A DNA stretch of 24,967 nucleotides from a virus (lineage: Duplodnaviria > Caudoviricetes), in the IMG/VR virus record IMGVR_UViG_3300008255_000450, positions 1 through 24,967 of that record, one strand, 5' to 3'. The notes beneath the pieces are model-generated. The model searched no databases. It saw only the letters and a program-made list of their open reading frames with translations, and was not told where the DNA came from. Numbering within the stretch: the first letter of the stretch is position 1; each line of letters opens with the position of its first letter. A program made the translations under genes and the position numbers. This document shows, piece by piece, positions 13,304 to 22,504 of this stretch.

Positions 13304-14591
13304 GGACCTCGCCAAGCTTGTCGATGAGCTAGCGCCGGAGGAACTCGAACTCCTGCTGCATGACTGGAAGCTCTGGGCCAGAGATGACCAGTTGCCGCCT
13401 AGCGGCGACTGGATCATCTGGCTCATCCTCGCTGGTCGTGGCTGGGGCAAGACTCGCACCGGTGCGGAATTCATCCGGAACGCAGTTAACGGCATCACAC
13501 CCATGGCCCGCGGGCAATACGGCCGACTGGCTCTTGTCGGCGCCACAGCCGCGGAAGTCCGTGACGTCATGGTCGAGGGTGAGTCCGGTATCCTAGCGAC
13601 AAGCCACAAGGACTTCCGTCCGACCTACCTCAAGTCGTTGCGCAAGCTTGAATGGCCCAATGGAGCTGTTGCCATCTGCTTTTCCGCCGAGGATCCGGAT
13701 CAGCTGCGCGGTCCCCAGCAAGACCTGGCCTGGGCTGATGAGCTCGCCAAGTGGCAGTATGCCGACGACGCCTGGTCCAACCTCATGTTCGGCCTCCGCC
13801 TTGGGGACAATCCCCGTGCGATCGTCACCACCACGCCCAGGCCGATCAAGTTGATCCGTGAGCTTCTCCGCGAGTCCACGACCTACCTGACCAAGGGCAC
13901 CACATACGACAACGCCGCCAACCTGGCGAAAACCTTCATCAAGCAGGTGATCAGCAAGTATGAAGGCACCAGGCTTGGGCGCCAAGAGCTCCTGGCCGAC
14001 ATCCTTGACGACAACCCCTACGCCTTGTGGCGCCGGGACAACCTCGACCAGCACCGTTCCAAGTGGGCAGATGAGGAAATCTTGCGGACCGTGGTCGCCG
14101 TCGATCCGCCAGTGAAGACCGGCGAGGATGCCGACGAATGTGGGATCATTGTCGCCAGCAAGACCAGATCCGGCCGGTATTACGTGCATGCCGACTACTC
14201 GGAGCAAGGTCTCTCGCCTGAGGGCTGGGCAACGAAGGTCGCAAAGGCCTACGCCGATTTTAGTGCAGACAGGGTCGTGGCTGAAGCCAACCAGGGTGGT
14301 GCAATGGTCGAGTCCGTGCTCCGTGCCGTTGAGGCAAACATGCCCATCAAGCTCGTGCACGCCTCCAAAGGCAAGGTTATCCGTGCCGAACCCATCGCGG
14401 CGCTTTACGAACAAGGCAAGGTCAGTCACATCGGAACGCTTGCCAAGCTTGAAGACCAGATGTGCGAGTTTACTTCGGACTTCGACCGAGGCATCATGGG
14501 CTACAGCCCTGACCGAGTCGACGCACTGGTCTGGGCACTAACGGCGCTGTCCGGCGGGCAGGAGAACGAGCCAAGGATCAGGAGCCTCTAA
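13266..14591 (+). CDS. terL: Terminase large subunit (Terminase_6 / GTA-related)
   Basis: Motifs ARDDQLPP, LAGRGWGKTRTGAE, WADELAKW, TTTPRP, VAVDP and SPDRVDALVWA. TTG start with GGAG RBS. Confidence 0.96.
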   Translation: MLQKILEARPSSEDLAKLVDELAPEELELLLHDWKLWARDDQLPPSGDWIIWLILAGRGWGKTRTGAEFIRNAVNGITPMARGQYGRLALVGATAAEVRDVMVEGESGILATSHKDFRPTYLKSLRKLEWPNGAVAICFSAEDPDQLRGPQQDLAWADELAKWQYADDAWSNLMFGLRLGDNPRAIVTTTPRPIKLIRELLRESTTYLTKGTTYDNAANLAKTFIKQVISKYEGTRLGRQELLADILDDNPYALWRRDNLDQHRSKWADEEILRTVVAVDPPVKTGEDADECGIIVASKTRSGRYYVHADYSEQGLSPEGWATKVAKAYADFSADRVVAEANQGGAMVESVLRAVEANMPIKLVHASKGKVIRAEPIAALYEQGKVSHIGTLAKLEDQMCEFTSDFDRGIMGYSPDRVDALVWALTALSGGQENEPRIRSL

Positions 14592-14592
14592 C

Positions 14593-15918
14593 GTGGCAGG
14601 AAAGCGCTGGTATCAGTTTGGCTGGCCGTTTGGACCGGCAACCGAACACAAGGAGTCCGCCGCCGGTGGCGTGATCTCGATGAACAGCGTTGGTCGCCCA
14701 CGCTGGATGGATCGCAACCTGGAGAACTTCGCCCGCGAGGGCTACATCCAGAACGCCATCGCGCATCGGTGCATCAGCCTGATCGCTGAGGCCGCGAGCC
14801 TGATCCCGTTCCTGGTGTTCGAAGGCGACAAGGAAATGGAGCAACACCCCCTGCTGGAGGTGTTTGCCAAACCCAACCCCTTCCAGGGAGGCACGGAACT
14901 CTGGCGTTCCTGGTATTCGTTTGCCAAGATCGCGGGCAATGCCTACCTGGAACCCGTCATCCTGGACGCCCGGATCCGGGAGCTTTTTGTCCTGCGCCCG
15001 GACCGGATGAAGGTAATCCCTGGGCGTCGTGGGTATCCGGCAGCTTACGAATACACGGTCGGCGGCTCAAGCGTTCGGTTCGACATGGAAGACATGCCGA
15101 GCAGGCAACAGCCGATCCTCCACTTCAAGGAATTCCACCCCATCGACGACTGGTATGGGCTGTCGCCGATTGAGCCGGCGGCCTTTGCCATCGATGTGCA
15201 CAACCAGGCCGGTGCCTTCAACAAAGCGCTGCTGGACAACGGTGCACGCCCGTCAGGCGCCTTGATGTATGAGCCCAAGGACAAGGACGCCACCCAAACC
15301 CTTCCCGATGACCAGTTCCTCCGCCTGAAGAAGGAGCTGGAAGAGAAGTATTCCGGCGCAAGAAATGCCGGTCGCCCGCTCCTGCTGGAAGGCGGGCTCA
15401 AGTGGCAGCAAATGGGGCTCACCTCCAAGGACATGGAGTTCATGGAAGCAAAGCGTGAGGCTGCACGCGAAATCGCCCTCGCCTTCGGCGTCCCGCCCAT
15501 GATCCTTGGCATCCCGGGCGATAACACCTACGCCAACTATAAGGAGGCCAATCGCGCCTTCTACCGCCAGACCGTGCTTCCCTTGGTCGAGCGCACCTGC
15601 CAGTCGCTCACCAACTTCTTCTCGCCAACCTATGGTGAGAAGCTCGTCGTCACCTTCGACGAAGACAGCGTCGTCGGCCTGATCGCCGAGCGCGAGGAAT
15701 TGTGGGACAAGGTCACCTCCGCCGACCACATCACAGTCGACGAAAAGCGTGATGCCACTGGTTACGCGCCCTATGAGCCCAAGTCAGAAAGCCCAGGCGA
15801 CGTGATCCTGGTCCCGTCATCGAAAATTCCGCTTGAAGAAGCCATGTTCCAACCAGGTGGCGCTGAGCCTCAGGTAGACCCCAATGCCCAGCCGCCGCTC
15901 AGCACGAACCCGGCGTAG
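14593..15918 (+). CDS. Portal protein, HK97 family
   Basis: Motifs KPNPFQ, GNAY, LRPDRM, YGLSP, NGARPSG, LLEGGLKW, EIALAFGVPP and TYAN. Confidence 0.96.
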   Translation: MAGKRWYQFGWPFGPATEHKESAAGGVISMNSVGRPRWMDRNLENFAREGYIQNAIAHRCISLIAEAASLIPFLVFEGDKEMEQHPLLEVFAKPNPFQGGTELWRSWYSFAKIAGNAYLEPVILDARIRELFVLRPDRMKVIPGRRGYPAAYEYTVGGSSVRFDMEDMPSRQQPILHFKEFHPIDDWYGLSPIEPAAFAIDVHNQAGAFNKALLDNGARPSGALMYEPKDKDATQTLPDDQFLRLKKELEEKYSGARNAGRPLLLEGGLKWQQMGLTSKDMEFMEAKREAAREIALAFGVPPMILGIPGDNTYANYKEANRAFYRQTVLPLVERTCQSLTNFFSPTYGEKLVVTFDEDSVVGLIAEREELWDKVTSADHITVDEKRDATGYAPYEPKSESPGDVILVPSSKIPLEEAMFQPGGAEPQVDPNAQPPLSTNPA

Positions 15919-16687
15919 GCTGGCAGTCATCCGCCAAAACCGGCTCCTGGTCCGCTGGGAAAAGCTGGTTGAGCGCGAGGTCCTTGCCTTACACCGTAGG
16001 CTGGCGAGGCGTATTGCTGCTGACTTCCATTATGGCGCCGATGAGGTGGTCATCGGCTACATCGATGAATTCCAGGTCGAGCTGGCCCGGATCCTCCGCA
16101 AGCGGTTGGGTCAGGTGGCCCGTGACTTTGGCCAGGTTGTGCTCGATCAGATCGAGGCACAGCGCAAGGATGGGGCCTTGCACCTGGAGCAGAAAGGGTC
16201 GATCGACATCTTCGAGGAGAGTGTCCTAGCATGGCTGACGCAATATGCCGCTGACCGGTCAATTCTCATCGCCGAGACTCTCAAGTCCAGGGTCCGGAAA
16301 GTGCTGGTGGAAACCTTTGCAGATGGTCAGGGCGAAGCGGCGACAGCTAAAGCGCTACGTGAAGAAATAGGAGGCCAGGTCTCCCTGGCCTCCGCAGCTC
16401 GGATCGCGAGAACAGAGGCGCACACCGCTGCCAATACAGGATCCGACAACGCGGCCCGAGCAACCGGCATCGACATGATCAAGGAATGGGGGTCGACGGA
16501 AGACTCCCGAACCCGACCATCTCATGCCTCAGCCGACGGGCAGCGGGTCGAGATGGACGAAGCTTTCCAGGTTGGCTCAGCTAGCCTCCAATACCCCGGC
16601 GACCCTAACGGACCAGCCAAGGAAATCATCAACTGCCGGTGCGTCGTGCTTTACCGGCCCAGAATTGGAGGCGAGATACTCGCATGA
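15884..16687 (+). CDS. Head morphogenesis / minor head protein (SPP1 gp7 / Mu F family)
   Basis: Motifs RIARTE, KEW, DSRTRPSH, YPGDP and INCRC. Confidence 0.92.
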   Translation: MPSRRSARTRRRLAVIRQNRLLVRWEKLVEREVLALHRRLARRIAADFHYGADEVVIGYIDEFQVELARILRKRLGQVARDFGQVVLDQIEAQRKDGALHLEQKGSIDIFEESVLAWLTQYAADRSILIAETLKSRVRKVLVETFADGQGEAATAKALREEIGGQVSLASAARIARTEAHTAANTGSDNAARATGIDMIKEWGSTEDSRTRPSHASADGQRVEMDEAFQVGSASLQYPGDPNGPAKEIINCRCVVLYRPRIGGEILA

Positions 16688-16983
16688 ACGGTGGTGAACT
16701 TGCAGCGCTGATCACAGCAAGCACTGGCGTCCTTGGTAGCGCTGGCGTCGCAATCAAGTTCCTTTGGGACAGGATTGAGAAGCGCTTTACCAACATCGAA
16801 ACGGACTTGGAAAAGTGCCGTGAGCGTGAGCTCGAAACCAAGGAACATCGGGCTGTGCACCTGACCGTCATCGAGCTGATGTGGGTCGAGCTGCGTCGAT
16901 TTGATCCCGAGTCGTTAGTCCTGGAGCGGGCCAAAAAGCTCCTTGACTCCCTCAAGGAGCGCAACATAGCTGAGCGAGATTAA
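16684..16983 (+). CDS. Small single-TM plus coiled-coil protein (holin-like architecture)
   Basis: Hydrophobic N-terminus LAALITASTGVLGSAGVAIKFLW followed by charged helices; ATGA overlap and GGAGG RBS. Confidence 0.6.
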   Translation: MNGGELAALITASTGVLGSAGVAIKFLWDRIEKRFTNIETDLEKCRERELETKEHRAVHLTVIELMWVELRRFDPESLVLERAKKLLDSLKERNIAERD

Positions 16984-17059
16984 CTTGCCGAGCTGGTGAA
17001 ATCTTGTTGCGAGTATATTTAGACCAAACCCCGAATTACCTTGGTCAAAAGGACGGCCG

Positions 17060-17710
17060 ATGCTGAAGACGCTCAACAACCAACTCGACTTCAAGCAGAT
17101 CTCCGAGGACGGCGAGTTCGAGGGGTATGCCTCCATTTTCGGGGTCGTCGACCGTGGAATGGACATCGTCGAGAAGGGCGCCTTCCGTCGTTCCCTTACC
17201 GAGCGTCCGGCTGGCAAGGTCAAGATGCTCTACCAGCACGACTCCGAGAAGCCAATTGGCGTCTGGAAGGAGATGCGCGAAGATGAGCGCGGGCTCTACG
17301 TCAAGGGCCAGCTGCTCAGCAAGGTTTCCAAGGGGGCTGAGGTCCTCGAACTTCTACGCGCGGGCGCGATCGACGGGCTGAGCATTGGCTTCCAGACGAT
17401 CAAGTCCATGCGCGACGAGTCCACCGGGGTCCGTCGTCTCCTTGACGTCGACCTCTGGGAGATTTCGGTGGTCACGTTCCCGATGAACATGCAGTCGACG
17501 ATCGACGCTGTCAAGAACGAGCTCACCAAGCGTGATGTTGAGCACATTCTGCGTGAGGCAGGTGTGCCCAATGAGTTCGCCAAAATGGTCGCCATTTACG
17601 GCGTCGATGAGGCGAAATCCAGACTGTCCGGCGGCCACCGCGAGGGTGACAAAGGGCTCAACGATGTGGTCGACTCGCTGAAGCGTGCCACCCAACTGAT
17701 GAAAGGATGA
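17060..17710 (+). CDS. HK97-family prohead protease
   Basis: Motifs FEGYASIFG, MLYQHD, PIGVW, DGLSIGF and LWEISVVTFP. Confidence 0.96.
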   Translation: MLKTLNNQLDFKQISEDGEFEGYASIFGVVDRGMDIVEKGAFRRSLTERPAGKVKMLYQHDSEKPIGVWKEMREDERGLYVKGQLLSKVSKGAEVLELLRAGAIDGLSIGFQTIKSMRDESTGVRRLLDVDLWEISVVTFPMNMQSTIDAVKNELTKRDVEHILREAGVPNEFAKMVAIYGVDEAKSRLSGGHREGDKGLNDVVDSLKRATQLMKG

Positions 17711-19059
17711 CCAATATGCGTAGCCACGCACTCATGGCCTCCTCGGCTCTCGCGATGCCCCCGCGCCTCGAGACCAAGGACGCCGAACCCGGCAACGAGC
17801 AGAAGGGTTCGCCCCCGGATACCACCGAAATCAAGAAGGCCGTCGAGGGCTTCATGACCACGTTCGAGGAATTCAAGAACAAGGTCAACACGGAGCTGGA
17901 CCAGGTCAAGAAGGCCGGTAGCCCGGACGCCGTGACCGTCGACGAGGTCAAGAACCTCAGCAAGGCGCTCGATGAGCAGAAGAAGCTTGTTGACGAGCTG
18001 CGCCTCGATGCACGTCGCCCGCAGATCACCGGCCATGACGGTGAAAAGCGCGCCATGACGGCGGATGAACAGAAGCAGCGCGGCCTGTTTCTCGACTACA
18101 TGCGCAAAGGCTCGATGAGCGAGGAATTCCTCGACTTCCAGTCCAAGGCACTTGCCGCCGGCTCCAACCCGGACGGTGGTTATGTCGTGCCCGTCCAGCT
18201 CGACACGACCATCGATCGTGTGCTCAGCGAAGTCTCGCCCATCCGCGCGATCTCGTCGGTCATGCAGGTCTCGACCAGCAGCCTGAAGAAGCCGATGAAC
18301 ATGGGCGGCGCCGGCGCCGGCTGGGTCGGTGAAGCGGAAGCGCGTCCGCAGACCGCGACCCCGACGCTCAACATGCTCGAATTCCCGGTCATGGAGATGT
18401 ATGCCAATCCCGCCGCGACGCAGACGCTGCTGGATGACGCCTACGTCAACATCGAGCAGTGGCTCGCCGACGAAGTGCAGATCACGTTTGCCGAGCAGGA
18501 AGGTGCCGCTTTCGTCGCCGGCAACGGGGTCAACAAGCCGCGTGGCTTCCTGTCCTACGACACGGTCGCCAACGCCAACTACGCCTGGGGCAAGCTCGGG
18601 TTCATCGCGTCGGGCGCTGCATCCGACTTCGAAGCGCCTGTCGACGCGGCGCGGACGGGTCCGGAAGATCGGTTCATCGACCTGATCCACAGCCTCAAGG
18701 CCGGCTATCGCCAGGGTGCCCGGTTCGTCATGAACTCGGCGACGCTGTCCAAGATCCGCAAGTTCAAGGACGGCAACGGCAACTTCATCTGGCAGCCCGG
18801 TCTCGTCGCCGGTCAGCCGGATCGCCTCCTCGGCTATCCGATCACCGAGGCCGAAGACATGCCGGACGTCGGCGCTGGTGAATTCCCGATCGCGTTCGGG
18901 AACTTCAACCGGGGCTACCAGGTCGTCGACCGGATCGGCACGCGTGTCCTGCGCGATCCGTTCACCGCGAAGCCGTTCGTCCTGTTCTACACCACGAAGC
19001 GCGTCGGCGGCGGGGTGAAGAACTTCGAGGCGATCAAGCTGATGAAGATCAGCGAGTAA
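17707..19059 (+). CDS. Major capsid protein, HK97 fold, with delta domain
   Basis: Coiled-coil N-terminus; motifs DGGYVVP, WVGE, GNGVNKPRG, KFKDGNGNFIW, LLGYPI, FGNF and KRVGG. Confidence 0.97.
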   Translation: MTNMRSHALMASSALAMPPRLETKDAEPGNEQKGSPPDTTEIKKAVEGFMTTFEEFKNKVNTELDQVKKAGSPDAVTVDEVKNLSKALDEQKKLVDELRLDARRPQITGHDGEKRAMTADEQKQRGLFLDYMRKGSMSEEFLDFQSKALAAGSNPDGGYVVPVQLDTTIDRVLSEVSPIRAISSVMQVSTSSLKKPMNMGGAGAGWVGEAEARPQTATPTLNMLEFPVMEMYANPAATQTLLDDAYVNIEQWLADEVQITFAEQEGAAFVAGNGVNKPRGFLSYDTVANANYAWGKLGFIASGAASDFEAPVDAARTGPEDRFIDLIHSLKAGYRQGARFVMNSATLSKIRKFKDGNGNFIWQPGLVAGQPDRLLGYPITEAEDMPDVGAGEFPIAFGNFNRGYQVVDRIGTRVLRDPFTAKPFVLFYTTKRVGGGVKNFEAIKLMKISE

Positions 19060-19062
19060 CCA

Positions 19063-19105
19063 GCCCGCAAGGGTCGCACGGCCCAGGTTCTTCGGAGCCT
19101 GGGCC
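19063..19105 (+). other. Tandem RNA hairpins after the capsid gene (GCAA and UUCG tetraloops)
   Basis: GCCC-GCAA-GGGT and GGCCCAGGTTC-TTCG-GAGCCTGGGCC; no U-tract. Confidence 0.6.
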
Positions 19106-19137
19106 ACACACCCAACCTTCTGTGAAAGGAAACTGTC

Positions 19138-19566
19138 ATGAAGTTCGACATGATGAACGACATCGACGTCAAGCGGGCGATTTCCCCGGCTGCTGCGACG
19201 ACCGACAATACCGCCTACGTCTCCCAGATCCTCGACATGCAGGGCGCGCACGCAGCGATGCTGGTCCTGATGATCGGGGCCCTTGCCGATGCAGATGCCA
19301 CCTTCTCGGTCCTGGTCGAGCATGGCGATGCCGCCAACCTGTCGGATGCGGCCGCAGTGCCGGATACCGAACTGAACGGCACCGAAGCCCTGGCAGGCTT
19401 CACGTTCGCCGCCGACAACCAGTGCCGGAAGATCGGCTACATCGGCAGCAAGCGCTACGTCCGCGCCACGATTACCCCGGCGAACAACACGGGCAACGTG
19501 TTCCTGTCGGGCGTCTGGCTGCGCGGCCACCTCGAAAACGCACCGGCTCCGAACCCGCCGGTGTAA
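19138..19566 (+). CDS. Putative capsid decoration/cement protein
   Basis: Follows the MCP with a strong RBS; beta-rich; KIGYIGSKRYVRATIT motif. Confidence 0.65.
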   Translation: MKFDMMNDIDVKRAISPAAATTDNTAYVSQILDMQGAHAAMLVLMIGALADADATFSVLVEHGDAANLSDAAAVPDTELNGTEALAGFTFAADNQCRKIGYIGSKRYVRATITPANNTGNVFLSGVWLRGHLENAPAPNPPV

Positions 19567-19594
19567 GCCTTACGGCTGAATGAAGGAACGAACG

Positions 19595-20248
19595 ATGGGC
19601 ACCAGCACGTTGGTAACGGGACCGACTGTTTGGCCGGTCTCGGCCAACGAGCTCGGTGCCCATCTTCGTCTCAACCAGGCTGACGGAGCGTATCCCGAGG
19701 CCGACTATCTTCTTAACCTTGTCAAAGGTGCCACGGAGTTCGCGGAGGCCGAAACCGGTCTTGCCATGCTTGAGCAAACGTGGGCGCATTACCTTGATGA
19801 GGTTCCGATCAGAAGCGATGGGCTTGGCTGGTGGGATGGGGTCCGCGAAGGCGCCATGAACCAGGAGCATCCCCGCTTCATCGAGCTTCCCAAAAGCCCG
19901 CTCATTAGCATCACCAGCATCAAGTCCTTCGACGAGGCTGACGTGGAGTCAACCTTTGGCACGGCAAACTACTACGTCGATGTCGCGTCGCGTCCCGGGC
20001 GTGTAGCCCTCAGGGATGGCTCAGTGTGGCCCACGAACGTCCGCTCCGTCAATGGCTTGGTCATCACCTATAAGGCTGGCTTTGGGACGACAGCCGATAA
20101 GGTCCCGTTCCAGCTCCGCCAGGCAATCAAGGTGATCGCAGCCCACTGGTATGAAAACCGTGAGGCGATGACCATGGACATGAGCGCAGCGAATGTCCCA
20201 GGCTCCGCCTGGGACATTCTCGGCAAGTATAAGGTCAGGAGGCTCTGA
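19595..20248 (+). CDS. Head-tail connector (HK97 gp6 / phiE125 gp8-like)
   Basis: Motifs PVSANELGAHLRL, AEAETG, YKAGFG and LRQAIKVIAAHWYENRE. Alternative start at 19580. Confidence 0.9.
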   Translation: MGTSTLVTGPTVWPVSANELGAHLRLNQADGAYPEADYLLNLVKGATEFAEAETGLAMLEQTWAHYLDEVPIRSDGLGWWDGVREGAMNQEHPRFIELPKSPLISITSIKSFDEADVESTFGTANYYVDVASRPGRVALRDGSVWPTNVRSVNGLVITYKAGFGTTADKVPFQLRQAIKVIAAHWYENREAMTMDMSAANVPGSAWDILGKYKVRRL

Positions 20249-20586
20249 TGCCCCGGCGCAAGCGCTTCATTGGTCGCATGCGCCATCTCGTCCGGATCAA
20301 AACCGTGGTCAGGACAGAGGATGAGGGCGGCGGCTTTGCCCGTGCAGACACTAACGGCGACGAAGTCTGGGTCGACATTCAACCGATCACGGCCTCCGAG
20401 GTCTATCGGTATCAGCGCCTCCACCAAGAAACGACGCACGCCTTGATTGCCCGGAGACATTCGGGTTTTGTCAATGGAGTCACAGTCACGTATGGCACCC
20501 GAAGTTTCTACGTTTTGACCGTGGTTGACGAGGATCAACGGGGAGAGTTCATTGTTGTCCTAGTCCGTGAAGGTGGGCCTTTGTGA
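20248..20586 (+). CDS. Head closure / head-tail adaptor (SPP1 gp16-like)
   Basis: IGRMRHLVRI, DEGGG and VWVDIQP segments; gene position. Confidence 0.85.
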   Translation: MPRRKRFIGRMRHLVRIKTVVRTEDEGGGFARADTNGDEVWVDIQPITASEVYRYQRLHQETTHALIARRHSGFVNGVTVTYGTRSFYVLTVVDEDQRGEFIVVLVREGGPL

Positions 20587-21038
20587 TGGCTGCTCGTCGG
20601 AACACAATTCGCGTCACTATCCGTGGTGAGCGCGAACTGCAGGAAGCTATTCGCCGCTATCCCGAAAAGGTCAAGGACGGGGTGCGTGACGGCCTTGAGG
20701 CTGTTGGCCTTATGGTCCAGAACGAGGCTCGCGAAAGTGTGCTCAAGGGACCCAAGACTGGCCGGCGTTACAAGAAGACCGCGGGTGTTGTCCACCAGGC
20801 TTCGTCCCCCGGCGAGGCTCCTGCGAGCGATACTGGGACGCTGGTCAGATCCATCCTTTCGGAGGTCGAGGCTGACGGTCTCGAGGTCACAGTCAGTGCC
20901 GGCACGCTTTATGCCAAGATGCTCGAATACGGAACACGGCTGATGGGCGCAAGACCCTTTCTTGGCCCGGCGCTTAACAAGGTCAAGTCGAAAGCGGCCC
21001 GGGTCCTCAAGGCTTATATCCAACGGAGGCTGTCATGA
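20586..21038 (+). CDS. HK97 gp10-family neck protein
   Basis: Motifs HQASSPGEAPASDTGTL, YAKMLEYGT and ARPFLGPA. Confidence 0.88.
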   Translation: MAARRNTIRVTIRGERELQEAIRRYPEKVKDGVRDGLEAVGLMVQNEARESVLKGPKTGRRYKKTAGVVHQASSPGEAPASDTGTLVRSILSEVEADGLEVTVSAGTLYAKMLEYGTRLMGARPFLGPALNKVKSKAARVLKAYIQRRLS

Positions 21039-21472
21039 CGACCGGTAACTCAGCCTCCTGGGAGCTGCAGAAGGCAATCAAGACGCTGCTTGTTGGCGAT
21101 GCAACCTTGGCTACATTGCTTGGCGGCGCTGTTAGGTTCTACGACCTGGTTCCAGAGGGAGCAGCTTTGCCATATATTGAATATGGTGAAGCTGGCATCA
21201 CGGCCTGGGATACTGATCCCGCGGACGATCGAAGCGGCGATGGTGAAGAACACACCATCACCATCCACATATGGTCCTCGTATGAGGGCAAGAAGGAGGT
21301 GAGTCTTGTTCAGCGGCGGGTGCGCGAACTCCTGCAGAACAATACAAGCCTGAGCCTGACCGGCCACATCTTGGTCAATATGCGGTTCCTAGTGTCGGAT
21401 ACCGTAAGGGACCCAGACGGTCAGGCTTTCCACGGGATCAGCCAATTTCGCGCAGTGACAGAGGAGAATTAA
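21035..21472 (+). CDS. Tail terminator (DUF3168 / SPP1 gp17-like)
   Basis: LQKAI...L...DATL, YDLVP, PYI, IHIWS and HG..FRA segments. Confidence 0.88.
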   Translation: MTTGNSASWELQKAIKTLLVGDATLATLLGGAVRFYDLVPEGAALPYIEYGEAGITAWDTDPADDRSGDGEEHTITIHIWSSYEGKKEVSLVQRRVRELLQNNTSLSLTGHILVNMRFLVSDTVRDPDGQAFHGISQFRAVTEEN

Positions 21473-21473
21473 C

Positions 21474-21887
21474 ATGGCAGCTCAGAAGGGTCGTCAGATC
21501 TTGATCAAGGCCGACGACGGCACTGGCACGTTCGCCACGATCGGCGGCATGCGCAGCAAGTCGATCAGCTTCAACAGCGAGACGGTCGACGTGACCGACT
21601 CGGACTCCGCCAACCAGTGGCGGGAACTGCTGGAAGGGGCCGGTATCAAGTCCGCCTCGATCAGCGGTTCCGGTGTCTTCAAGGACTCCGCCTCGGAAGA
21701 AGACGTGCGCGGCTACTTCTTCAGCGGGGCGATCGAGGAATATCAGTTCATCATCCCCGACTTCGGCACCGTCGAAGGTCTGTTCCAGGTCAGCAGCTTG
21801 GAATACGCCGGCGAATACAATGCTGAAGCCACCTTCTCGATGCAGTTCGAGTCGGCCGGTGAACTGACCTGGACCGCCGCGGTCTAA
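21474..21887 (+). CDS. Major tail tube protein (TP901-1 / GTA type)
   Basis: Motifs MAAQKGRQILIK, ETVDVT, WRELLEGAG, SGSGVF, PDFG and ESAG. Confidence 0.93.
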   Translation: MAAQKGRQILIKADDGTGTFATIGGMRSKSISFNSETVDVTDSDSANQWRELLEGAGIKSASISGSGVFKDSASEEDVRGYFFSGAIEEYQFIIPDFGTVEGLFQVSSLEYAGEYNAEATFSMQFESAGELTWTAAV

Positions 21888-21929
21888 CCTTTCCACCAAC
21901 CTCCTTTCTTTCATATCAGGAGAATTCAG

Positions 21930-22256
21930 ATGACCAATGCCATTCGTGGTGAAGTGCAGCTCGTGGTTCCGGAAAAGGGCGCGTTCAACATGTGCCTTTC
22001 GCTGGGCGCCCTGGCTGAAATCGAAACCGCCTTCGGGATCGACGACATCAGCAAGATCGGCGAGAAGCTGAAGAAGCCGAAGTCCACAGATGTTGCCACC
22101 CTGGTCTGCGCCATGGTTCACGGCGGAGGCCACGATGACGTCACTGCCGATGACATCATGAAGTGGCGGGTTTCGCTCCCGACCCTGATGGCCAAGGTCA
22201 AGGAAGCGATGTCCGCGACCGACATCGAGGTCGGCGAAGACTCGGGAAACGCCTGA
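21930..22256 (+). CDS. Tail assembly chaperone (GTA gp10-like)
   Basis: NAIRGEV and LSLGALAEIETAFG; lies between tube and tape measure genes. Confidence 0.85.
   Translation: MTNAIRGEVQLVVPEKGAFNMCLSLGALAEIETAFGIDDISKIGEKLKKPKSTDVATLVCAMVHGGGHDDVTADDIMKWRVSLPTLMAKVKEAMSATDIEVGEDSGNA
22244..22250 (+). other. -1 programmed ribosomal frameshift slippery site
   Basis: G GGA AAC (X XXY YYZ) in the chaperone frame, just before its stop. Confidence 0.8.
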
Positions 22257-22504
22257 AGGTAGGCAAGGGCAAGAGCGGACCACGGCGCACGCCGTGGTCC
22301 GCTTGGCTCAAGATCGGCCTCGGTCACCTGAGGCTTCGTCCCGACGATTTTTGGCGCATGAGCATGCGTGAGTGGTTGTATGCAGTCGAGGGATACAAGG
22401 CAAAGATGGGGTTCGATGAGGTCAGTGACCCGCTTGACTCCGACGAGCTGAAGGACCTCATGGAAAGGTATCCAGACAATGTCGGCGATCGGGACGCTTC
22501 TTGA
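22244..22504 (+). CDS. Tail assembly chaperone C-terminal extension (gpT-like, -1 frame)
   Basis: GLGHLRLRPDDFWRMSMREW motif; open in the -1 frame from the slippery site. Confidence 0.8.
   Translation, partial: GKRLKVGKGKSGPRRTPWSAWLKIGLGHLRLRPDDFWRMSMREWLYAVEGYKAKMGFDEVSDPLDSDELKDLMERYPDNVGDRDAS

Noticed and set aside
17596-19530. 644-aa minus-strand ORF
   Set aside because: Antisense shadow of the strongly codon-biased capsid and decoration genes; no recognisable motifs.
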